From the NCBI GenBank assembly GCA_001724265.1, contig MEDY01000096.1, positions 1 through 64,000 of the forward strand: a DNA stretch of 64,000 bases, written 5' to 3'. The DNA is from Rhizaria sp. SCN 62-66. Its lineage: Eukaryota. Made by a program: the position numbers and the translations under genes. Below are positions 25,501-36,100 of the stretch, one piece after another (the stretch's first letter is position 1; every line of letters starts with the position of its first letter). The notes below the pieces were generated by a model. It was not told the DNA's origin. It saw only the letters and a program-made list of their open reading frames with translations, and did not search any database.

Positions 25501-28500
25501 CGCCGAGACCGGCACAACCGTGTCGCCGGGGCTGGCTGCGGCCGCGGCCGCGGCCGCGGCGGCATCGTTAAGGACAATGGAGTTCTGTGCGTGCTGCGCG
25601 TTGAGCGCGTGGCTGTGCGAGCGCGCGGTGCGGACCGCGGCGGCCGCGGCGGCCGCGACGACGGCGGCGCCCTTGCCCTGCGTGGCGCGCGCGGCGGGCG
25701 AGACGTAGGCGGGCGTGAGCTGGCAACGGCGCAGCGAGAGCGCCGCCAGCGCAGTGCCGCGGTGCGACAGCAGCGTCGTCAGGGCAGGCAGACTCGCCGG
25801 CGACAGCGGGTTGCCGTCCAGAGTCAGCACACGCAGGTATGGGTACCCGCGCGTTGGCGTCGCCGCTGTCAGCCGGCGGTCCGCAGCTACGACAGCAACC
25901 GCAGTGGCCGCGGGCTTAGCTTTGGCAATGCGCGGCTCGCGGGTCGTATCGCGACGCGAAGACTTACCGCCGCTCTTGCTCTCTGAGCTCCCGTCCTTCT
26001 CGTCTTTGCTCTCACCGTCTTCGCCGTCTTCATCGTCGTCATTGCGCTTGGAATACTTCTTCTTCTTCTTGCTTTTCTCTGCGTCCTTATCTTTGCTCGC
26101 GTCGGCCACAGCAGGCTTCGCGGCGCCGGACGCCGCCACCGCAGCCCACAAGTCTTTATCGACCTTGCCGCCGCCAGCCGCTGCCGCCGCCGCCGCCGCA
26201 GCGGCCGCCTGCCTGCCCGCAGGCCCGTTGCTGCTGCTGGCCAGCGCGCGCGCGGCGTAGGCCTTGCGCGCCGCCGCGTGCGCCGCGCCCGCGCCGCCCG
26301 TGAACGCGGTGGCGAGCGCGGCGACCGTGGCGGCCGACAGCGCGTTGCCCGCGAGGTCGAGGCACGTCAGCGCGGGCAGCGACGGCCGCGGCGCCGCGCC
26401 GCACAGGTCCGCGAGCTCCAGCGAGTACGCGCGCGAGAAGCGGGGCGGCTTAGCTTGCGGGGCAGAGCTCGGCGCAAGCGCAGAAGCTGCAGGGGGCGCA
26501 GATGAAATCGCAAGACGACCGTTCACGCCGATTGTCGTGTTGTTGCTAACGTGGCCGGTCGCAGCCGTGTAGGGAACCGTGAGCGCGAGCTGCGGCACGG
26601 ACATCTGCGAGGACGCAGCAGTGACCAGCGCCATAATCGCGGCGTCCAGCTCGGTGCCGCTGCTGACGCCTGCGTGACGCAGCCGCAGCGAGACAAGCCC
26701 GCGGTGCCAGAGACCCTGCAGGCGCGGGATCGGCAGCGGCGCAAGCGCCTGCTCCGCGCGCAGCCGCTTCAGCGCGGCGCGGCGCGCGGCAGGCGCCAGG
26801 GCCGCCACGCGTTGCAGTTGCTCGGGGCTCAGACCGCGCGAAAGAGCCTCCTCCTCGGCCTCGGCGGCGTTGGGATCGGTTCTATAGTCGTTCTCGCCGT
26901 CATTGGCGTCGTCGTCGGCGTCTGAGTTGTCGCAGTCGCTGTCGCCGTGGTACTCCGCGTTGTCGTCGTCCGCCGCGACCGCCGCACTGCTGCTGTACAG
27001 CACGACTCTCCCGCTGACTCTGTCGCTGATCCTGTTGCGCAGATACGCGCTCTGCGGCCAGAGCGCCTGCAGCGCCTGGTCCGGCCGCAGCAGCGCTTCG
27101 CCGAACACCAGCGTCGGCACGTTCTGGTTGTAGATCGACGCCGTCACCACGGCCTCGCCCGCACTCGCGGCGGCCGCTGCCGCCGCGGCGGAGACCACGG
27201 CCTCGGCGGCCGCAGCGGCGGCAATGACGCCGCTGTTGGCAGACGCGGCCGCTGCGGCGGCGCCAGTCAGAGGCGCGGGCGCAGGCACAACTGCCGTCAC
27301 GGGGGGAGGCGCCGTCGCCGCCGCGGTCGCAGCCGCATACTTCGGGTCCAGCTTGGCGACAGCTGTGGTCGTCGCTGGAGCTCCTGGTGCTGCTGCTCCT
27401 GATGCTGCCGTTGCTTCGGTCGCCAGCGCTGTCGCAGTGGTCGTGACACCGCGGCGAGCCCACGCGACCTTGCGATGCACGCGGCGCGCGATGGCGGCCT
27501 CGGCCAAGTCGGCGCGCTGGCCGGCGTCCCACGCGGCGCGCGCGAGGTCCTGCAGTAGCACCGCGTACAACGAAGACAGCGACAGCGTCGACAGCGACAG
27601 GGAGTCGGCGGCGTACGCCTGGGACTGGGCGTGCAAGGTCAGCTGAGACTGCGAGTGCCAGTGCGAGCGGGACTGTGACTGTGAAAGGGAGTTGCCGGTG
27701 CCACGCAGTGGGGGTAAAGGCGAGGGCGCGAATTGAACGGGCGCGCTGAGGTTGCAGTAGGGATTGTGCGCGACGGTTGTCTGGCACGTCGCCAAGAACG
27801 CCGCGACGTCGCGCCCGCGGATTAACTTCAGGTTCAGCGCCGCGGCGGGCGGCCCAGCCCAGGTCACCGTGCCCTCCGACTCGGCCTCGGCGGCGGCGGC
27901 CACTGCGGCGGCGCGCTTGGCCGCGGCGGCCGCCCGCTGCGCGCGCGCAGTCTGCACGGTCAGCCCCAAACGCGTGGTGCTAAGGCTCGCGTGCAGCGCA
28001 CCGGCCTGCGCGCGCAGCCGCGGCACGGGCAGGCTCAGCTCCTGCATGCGCGGGGACAGGAGCGCGCCGTCTGCGTCTGCGTCTGCGTCGTCGTCCTCGT
28101 TACCGTTGGGGTTGGGATCCTCGGGGTTCGAGTTAGGCCGCGTGCGGCTTAACTTCGTGCAGGCGCGTGCGCTAGCGTCAGCGCCATCCTCGCCGTCAGC
28201 ATCGCCGATATCGAGATCTTGCTCTTGCTCGTGGGCGTCGCCGGCCTCGTCCTCCGGCCCCTGCTCTTGCTCATGCTCGTTCTCGCTCTCCTCGGCGATC
28301 TTGGCATCAGTCGTCGCAGTCGCGACTTTCTTGGCACTAGCTTTGCCTTTGCTAGCGTCGTCGCCATCATTGTCACTGCGGTGGCCATTATTCTCAGCAT
28401 CATCACCATCGTCATCCTCGTCGCCATTCGCGCTCGCGCCCGCCTTACCGCGCGCGCGGCCCTTGCCCTTGGCCGCCGCGGCCGCCGCCGCCGCGCCGCC

Positions 28501-30473
28501 GCCCAGCGCAAGCTCCACGAGTGCGCCGGGCGCCGTGAACGTGCCCAGCGCGGCAGCCGTGACGAGTCCCAGCCGCGACGCGCCCTCGAAGCAGAGGCGG
28601 CGCAGCGCCGTCTGCGGGTGTCGCAGGTGGTGGTGCAGCGCGTGCGCGGCGACGGGACCGAAAAAAGACGGCCGGCGCCCGGGCAGCGGCGAGAAGTCGA
28701 ACGAGCGCAGCGGCGACGGGCGCACGCGCGGCGGGTAAGTGACCGTGGGCACACTCGTCCTAGCCGCGGTCGCGGTCAAACTGACCGAGGGCCCCCCGGT
28801 CAAAGTGACCGTGGGCGGGCGATCGTAGTTGACCGGTGCGGAGAGCAGGCACGCCACGGCGGCGCCGCTGAGCCCGCAGCCGCGCAAATCCACTGCTGCG
28901 AGCGCGCGCGTGACCGTGAGCAGGGCCGCGAGGGCCGCGGCGCCCGAGTCGCCCAGCGCGCAGCCGGCGAGCGAGAGCGCGCGGAACGCGTCGCTGAGCG
29001 CGTCGTTGCCGGTGCTTTGCTGCTGCTGCTGCTGTGCGGCGGGCTTCGTTGCAGCGGCGCTAGAAGCGGCAGCGCTGCGGATGCGTACCGAAGCGAGCGT
29101 GTGGGCCGTGAACACCTCGTCGCAGCCGCTCGACATGACGCCGCTGCTGCTGCCGCTGCCGGCCGCGCCCACCGTCATCGCATACGCATCGCCCGCGCCG
29201 CCAGCGCCGCCAGCGCCCGCGCCGCCAGCATCTACGCCGCCGGCGCTGCCGCCGGAGGACCCCGTGGCGGCGGCGGTAAGTGCGAGCAGTAGCGCCTCGG
29301 GGGCCGGCCGCAGCCACGCCCGCGCGCGCGGCGGCGCGTAGGCCGTGGCGCCGGTGCTGTGCGGCAGCGCGAAGGGGAACGGGGCCGGCGGCGGGATCAC
29401 AAGCGCGGGGCTCGACGTAGAGCAGCTGCTGCTGTTGTTGTTGAGCTGAGATGGCCGTGGCTGTGAGCTTGGTGACTTTGGAGTCTGGGCTGCAGTCTCG
29501 GTCTCCGTCGCTGTCTCCGTCTTCGTCTCAGCCTCTGCAGCCTGCGCCGCCGCCGCGGTCTGCCCCTGTCCCTGCTGCGTCTTCGCGGCGTGCGCAGCGG
29601 TGACGGCGACCGCGGCGGCGGCCTCGTTGGTGAGCGCGTCCGCGTAGCTCTGCGCGTCCGCGTGCGAGGTAATCGGCGTGCCGCCGTCAACGTACACCGG
29701 CAGCAACGCGTCGGCGGGCGCCAGAAAGTGCAGCAGCACCGCGCACGTGTAGGGGCCCGCGCCGGAGAAGGCCACCGAGAGCGTGCCCAGCCCGCCCCAC
29801 GACGCGGGGCCGCCACTGCTCGCGGCGGCAGCCGCACTGGCGCTCGCAGGCGCAGTGGTGCTGCCGGTCGGGCTCGCGCTCGGACTCGGAGCCTCATTTG
29901 CATTTGTGGTCGAAGCAGCGTCAGTAGTGTTCGGATTGCCATCAGAGCTGCACGCATGTGTATCTGTGTTCTTGCTGTGGCGTTGAGAACGTTTCTTGTG
30001 CGCAACGCCGTCGTCTTCGTCGTCGCTGTCAGTCTCGCTGTCGCCGTCGCAGTCGTTGCCGCCGCTCGAGGCTGAGGCGGAGGCTGTCGCGGCGGCAGTC
30101 GTGTCGGTCTCGGGGCCAGCAGTGATGACGCCGTCGCTCAGAGGCCCTTCGTCGTCGTCGTCGTCGTCGTCATCGTCGTTGCCGTTCGAAGCACGGCCAA
30201 AGCCGCCGTTGCCGCGACTGCCGTTACTGCCGAACAAGTCCTCATCAGCCGCCGCGCTGACGCTCGCACTCCTCGCGTGCGCGCCGCCGCCGCTTGCCTC
30301 GGCGCGCGGATTGCGGATATTGCGGTTGTGCGACGGCGTGGGCGGCACGGGCAGCACAGAGACGACGAGGTCGCTTGTGTCGACCTCGCCTGTCGCGCCG
30401 CTGCCAAGCCCCAGCCCGCCGCCAGCGCCACCGCTACCAACGCTACCACCGCCGCTGCCGCTGCCGCTGCTGC

Positions 30474-30519
<46 letters not shown>

Positions 30520-31200
30520 CGAGTCGTCGCTGCCTTGCATACCGTAGCTACTGCTGCTGCTGCCCGCGCTGTTCGCGCTCGCGGCAGCCGGCGTCGGCAC
30601 AAAACCGCCGAGCAGGCCCCCGCCCATCCCGACGCTGCCGCCGCCGCCGCCGCCGCCACCGCCGCTACTGCTGCCGTTGGAGCGCATCGACGTCGAGATG
30701 ACTGCAGAGATCATCTTCGCGCCGACGCTGCGGCCGGCGCTCTGGCTGCTACTCGCAGTCGCAGCAAGGCCGCCGCCGCGGGCACTCGCGCGCGCGCTCA
30801 GGAGGCTCGTCGCGGTCGCAGCCGACGCGGTTGCGCTCGATGCCAGAGTGAAGTCGAGAGACTTAGCCGTGGCCGGCGCTGTGGGGAGCTGCGGTGTGCT
30901 CTCGTCAAACACGAACTGCTCAAGACTGCCGGGAAGGTTCAGTCCCTCGCGCGCGTGCATGGCGCAGGCAAAGGCGGCGCGAAAGCGGTGGTAGCCCGCG
31001 GCCGTGGGCGTCGTGGCCTGGTCTCGGCACCGGGCGAGGAACAGGGCGTCCTGCAGCGAGACCAAGGAGCGCAGAAACGCGCGCTCCGTCGACTGCGAGT
31101 GTGTACGGGCAGAGACGGTGGGGATCGTCGGAATCGTGGGCCGCATGGAGTCATGTGGGGGCGAGGGCGGCGGCGGGGGGCCGTGCACAGGGGCATCCAT
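17419..31200 (-). CDS. Giant leucine-rich-repeat (ribonuclease-inhibitor-like LRR) and coiled-coil protein (~4497 aa). Exons 31200-20590, 20459-20274, 20115-17419
   Basis: LRR motifs LSLAGCALGDSGAAALAALL, AVDLRGCGLS, LTCLDLAGNALS, LRVLTLDGNPLS, LRRLNLRANRLD, LVRLDLSLNP. Two phase-0 introns (20460-20589, 20116-20273, both with GTACG donors) join ORFs 20455-31299 and 17419-20109. Stop TAA. Confidence 0.75.
30450..30517 (-). repeat. (AGC/GGC)n trinucleotide repeat encoding poly-Ser/Gly in the LRR protein
   Basis: (GCT)n run on the + strand. Confidence 0.9.
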
Positions 31201-31453
31201 CCGTTTCCCAGGTGAAGTGTCAAAAAGTGGGGTTGGAAGACTGTAACAAGAAATCCAGAAGTGGTATTTTGTGAGAATATTGTATCTATCGCGAAACAAC
31301 TGGATATAGTAGTCGTATTTGTAATGACGGAAGACTGGGTGAGATACAGATAGGCACAGTGGTCGCCATAAGAAGCGACTGTGGGAGCCGTTCGGCCAGT
31401 CTCAGCCAGAGCAGCTCTGATTATGATCTTCGTTTCCTCTATCCGTATTGCGA
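31201..31453. promoter_or_regulatory. Probable bidirectional promoter between the divergent LRR gene and BCDIN3D
   Basis: Only 253 nt of AT-richer sequence separate the two head-to-head ATGs. No specific motif identified. Confidence 0.5.
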
Positions 31454-32920
31454 ATGTCACACGACGCGGACGAGAACGTCCAGCTGCCCGTCCCATGTGC
31501 CCCCGCACTTGTTGCTGGTGGCGGCGCGAGCCCTTTTGGCAACTTCCACAACTATTACTCGTTCAACTCTGTGGAGCAGCGCTTCTGCTTCCTGCCCCGC
31601 GACCTGGCCGCCACACTGCTCGCCGTGCGCCGCGCCGCGCTGGGCTCTGCCGCTGGTGAGAACACACAGGCCGCCAACATGCTTTCCTTTCTCGACATCG
31701 GCTGCAACGAAGGCAACATTTCCCTCGCGATGAGCGAGCTTCTCGCCCGCCAGCTCGCAACCAGCAGCGCAACAGCGAGCGCCAACGGCGCGGCCGACAG
31801 TGCGACTGCGGCAGCCAGCGAGGACGCGCGCGCCGCGCGCCCGCTGATCCGCGGAGTGGGCGTGGACATCGACCGCGTGCTGATCGCGCGCGCCATCGCC
31901 AAGACGGCCAACAGCTACCCCTACAGCGCCACGACGTTGCCTTCGCAGAGCGCGCATAACGCCTCCGTGCTCGTCCACGGCGGCGACGACAGAGCCGACG
32001 CGAGTGTGGGCACTGACGGCAGCAGCGGCGGCAGCGCTGAGAGCGATGGCGCGGCTGTCCCGGCCGAGGCGGCATCTGCAAGCAGCAGTGACAGCGCGAA
32101 GAATGGACTTATTAATGGGCTTGACTGCGCGTTCGAGCTGACTTTCGTGCACGGCAACGTGATGGAGCCCCAGTGCCAGGCCGCCATCGAGGCCTTTATG
32201 CAGAGCGGCGACGGCAACAGCAACGCGGACAAGACCGAAGCCACTGATCGTATCGTCCATGTAAGCGACGCGTTCCCCCAGTCAATGCTGAGCCGCACGT
32301 ACACTGCGCGCGCCTTCGCCCCCGCCCTGCCCGCCTGCGACGGCGCGACCGTCGCCGCCAGCAGCAGCAGCAGCAACAGTGCTGAGTCTGGCAGTAAGCG
32401 GGGCGGCAACGCGAACGATAGCAAGAACGAGGTCACTGCCGCTACCGCTACAGCTGCCGCTGCCGCTGCCGCTGCCGCTGACACTGGCGCTGGCGCTGTC
32501 CCCGCCGTTACACCCGCCGCCCAGCCCGTCGCTGCGCCGCTGCCGGCGCCTTTGTTCGACATCTCGTTTGCGTTCTCGGTGACGCTGTGGATCCACCTGC
32601 ACCACGGCGACGACGGGCTGCGCGCGTTCCTCCGCCGCCTCTGCGCGCTGTCGCGCAACGTCATCATCGAGCCGCAGCCGTGGAAGTGCTACCAGACGTG
32701 CCGCCGCCGCTGGCGCCGCGCGGGCGCCGCCGAGCCGCCGCTGCTGGTGACGATGCAGTGGCGACAGGACGTCGACGTGCAGATCGTGCGGTTCATGACG
32801 GAGCAGTGCGGAATGCGCGTGCGGCGCCGCCTGGGCGAGACCAAGTGGGAGCGCAGCATGGTTTGGCTCACGCGCGCGGAGGACTTCGACTGCGGCAACG
32901 GAGAGACCGGCGAGCAGTGA
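31454..32920 (+). CDS. BCDIN3D: BCDIN3D/Bin3-family SAM-dependent RNA 5'-monophosphate methyltransferase (488 aa)
   Basis: Motifs PFGNFHNYYSFN, FLDIGCNEG (SAM-binding motif I), GVDID, FDISFAFSVTLWIHLHHGDDGL, IEPQPWKCY and GETKWERS match BCDIN3D. Single exon, stop TGA. Confidence 0.9.
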   Translation: MSHDADENVQLPVPCAPALVAGGGASPFGNFHNYYSFNSVEQRFCFLPRDLAATLLAVRRAALGSAAGENTQAANMLSFLDIGCNEGNISLAMSELLARQLATSSATASANGAADSATAAASEDARAARPLIRGVGVDIDRVLIARAIAKTANSYPYSATTLPSQSAHNASVLVHGGDDRADASVGTDGSSGGSAESDGAAVPAEAASASSSDSAKNGLINGLDCAFELTFVHGNVMEPQCQAAIEAFMQSGDGNSNADKTEATDRIVHVSDAFPQSMLSRTYTARAFAPALPACDGATVAASSSSSNSAESGSKRGGNANDSKNEVTAATATAAAAAAAAADTGAGAVPAVTPAAQPVAAPLPAPLFDISFAFSVTLWIHLHHGDDGLRAFLRRLCALSRNVIIEPQPWKCYQTCRRRWRRAGAAEPPLLVTMQWRQDVDVQIVRFMTEQCGMRVRRRLGETKWERSMVWLTRAEDFDCGNGETGEQ

Positions 32921-33153
32921 TGTGATCGAACACAAAACGTAACGAACTTTGAGATTTCTGCGCGAGTGCAACTCTCTTTTTTCTTGATGTATTTATTTGT
33001 GTGTATTCGTGTAGCCTTATATTCATATTTCTTTCGCAAAGGATCATTTATTTTGCAGGCCATTGGCTAAAAATAAACTCTCAATTATAAAAGATTCTTT
33101 ATTGATGCTACTTTGCAGCTCCAACGTGTTTCTTGCTTGTCATACAATCATTA

Positions 33154-36100
33154 TCACTCGAACGCCCTGTTGATGCTCTCTCTGAGCTCGATCTTTGCCC
33201 TGCGCACCTCTGCAAGCGCCGCGCCGCGCCCATCGCCGCCACCCTCCTGCGCAGCCGCGCGGCGCACCATGTTCCCCGCGTTGCTGCACAGCGCAAACGC
33301 CGCGCGCGCCGCGTCGCGCGCCGCCCGCGCGCGGTCCGCCGCGGCGGCCTCGAGCCCGCGGCGCAGACTGCGGCCGCCCTCGGCCACTGTCGCTGCCGCG
33401 GCCTCGGCGGCGTGCGCGGCCGTCTGCAGCCGCTGCGCGCCGCCGAGCTCGCCGCCGCCGGGAGCCAGGATCTGCGTCAGCTGGACCGCCGCGCGCTCAA
33501 ACCCTGCGAGCGCCGCCGTCATGACTGGGTTAGTGCGCGCGCCACTGCCGCCGCTGCTGATGCTGCGAGCGAGAGGGCCGCCGGTGTCGGCGGCGCTGCG
33601 CAGCGGCGCGGTGCGTGCGCGCTTGGTCGCCGGGAGCAGCACAGGCAGCGCGGCGGCGCCCTCGCTGGGCGCGGGCGACAGCAGCTGCGACGCAATTTGC
33701 GAGAGCTCGGGCTTTGAACGCTGCTGCGGAGGGGTGAACTTGGCCGCGTCGGTGCGGGCGCCGCGGTCAGCCTTCCCGCGTTGCGGCTGCGGTTGTTGCA
33801 CTGCGCTAGCGCCTGCGCCGATGTTGCCGCGCTGGCTGACGGGCACGTTCTCCTCGTCGTTGGCGTCGTAGTCAAGGTCGTGCATGTCGCTAATGCCTGC
33901 ATCGCCGAACTCGTCAACGGCGACATGGGCAGCGACGTTAGCATGAAGCTCGTCCTCACTCTCGCTCTCGCCCTCGCTCTCAGCTGCAACGGCAGTCTTG
34001 CCCTTGCGCTGGCCAGCAACAGCCCGTGCGCCAGCCTTGCCCTTGCCGCGAACAGCAGTGGCAATCTCGTCAGAGTCTGTGACTTGGCTGTCAGCCGCGC
34101 TGGCGGCAGGCGCGGGCCGCTTGAGCCTAGCCCTCGCGCTCGGCAGCATCGGCGACACCACGGTTGCAACCTCAACAGCTCTCACACCGGCAGTGTCGTA
34201 ACTGACGGGAGACTGTGAATGCGACTGCAAGAGTAGCCGTGAGCGGGTCGCCCGGGGAGCGACCGCGGGGGCGGGAGAAGCAACCGTCTGCTCCGCGGAT
34301 GTGACCGCGGAGGTTGGCGCCGAAGGGTATGGCGTCATAGCCTTGTACGCCGCAAGGGGCGACGCAAACCGCACACCAGCGCCCTTAGCCATGCTCGCAC
34401 CGCGGTCCCTGGCCATGGCAACACCGCGGCCTTGAGCCTTACTCTGAGCGCGCCGAGTGACCGCGTTGTCGCGCTCATCCTCGCTCGCTCCCGCAGCAGC
34501 TGCGGTTGCAGCAGCAGCAACAGCAGGTTTGGTAGTCTCAGGAGACGCAGTTGCGCTGCTGCTTGCGCTTCCGCTCGCCTCAGCGCTCGTGTCGGTAGTG
34601 TCGGTGGCAGCGCCAGTGCGGCGGCGACGGCGAGAGCGGACTCCGCTGCCGTCGTTGCCCACAGTCATCTCAGTGCCGCCTCTCCTGTCCACGGTCACCT
34701 CTCCACCCTCTGCGGCCCCTTCGTCGCTTGTTGCAGCTGCAGTCTGAGCGCGGCCACGGCTTCGGCCGCGGCGGCTCGCTGCATCAACGCCAGCGCCTGC
34801 GGCAGCTGCTGCGGCGGCGGTCCTCGAAACAACAGCATCTGCTGGGCACGCAAACAGAACGCTTGTTGGGGGATGTGCCGGTTGACTAGCGGCATTAGCG
34901 CCAGTGTCAGCGTTTGCGCCGCGGATGCGGCGGCGACTTGTGCTCGGGTCAAGCTGCTGGCTCGACGCCCTAAGAGCCGAGACACTGCTTGGGCGCGGTG
35001 CAGTGAGCCGGGAAGCACTGAGGTCAACAAACTCAGAGTCGACCCAGCCGGAGTCCGGTGCGCGCGGCGGAGACTGCCCGCGGTCACTCTCACGGTCACT
35101 CTCGCTAACGCTGGCGCGGTCGCGGCCACGAACCCGGCCCCGCGGCTGTGTGCGCAGTGGTTGCCGTCGATGATCCTCGTCTTCTTGTTTCTGCAGCGCT
35201 GCAAGGCGGGTGCGCGCCTCTTCCTTGAGCCTCTCCTCGCGTGCGCGTCGCTCCTCAACGCGCGCCGTCACGTTTGCGGCAACAGCGCTGCGCACCTTCG
35301 CGGCCACTGCGGCCGCCGCGGCAGCTGCGGGTGTGCTAGCGCCCTTGCTTGCGCGAAGTGTTGCGCCGCGAGACAGCGTGGCCTCCGGTGCGCTGGGCGC
35401 TGTGGAGCTGCGGGTGGCAGGGTCATTGAGACTGAGGGGCTAATCGATTGCACTAACACGGGGGTGCTTGCCCTTAGTGAGAGATGGCGGCTTAACTTGT
35501 TGCACTTGTGAGACATCTTGGACTTCCGCGTTGTAGTTGCCATCCATGTCGTTGGCAATGCTCTCCTCACTGTCTTGATAGAGGCCGCGCCTACTGCGAA
35601 CAACGCGATCGTTTGTTGCAGTCGCACTAATGCGCGTGACCGGGCTCCTGCCTGTGTTGACCGCAGCGGGACTCAGAGCTCGCGTCGCTGGGCTCTTGCG
35701 CTGTGAAGCGGGACTCACGCCGCGAGTCACCGGACTCTTGCTCGCGCTCTCAAACGCGACACGCGCGCGCGTGTCTACATCACTCTCAGTGCTCGCAACT
35801 GGGCGAGAAAGCGGCATCATGGCGCTTACAACAGAAGTCTTTGCGGCAGCCCCGTGGCGCTGTTGTAAACGCGATTGTTGTTGTTGCTGCGGCGACTGCC
35901 GCAAGTCGGTAACCGCTGCAGTTTTCGTGCTGCCGTCGCTCTGAGGTGCGATGCTTAGATCCGCGGTCACAACTGACGTCTTGGGCGCGCGCGCAGCATT
36001 TGCATCCTTTGCAACACTGGCAGCACGTGCTGCTTCTGCAGCCGCTGTCGCAGCAGCAGCGGCAGCGGCGGGCGTCAGCCTGATGTCTGTCCTTGGCGAA

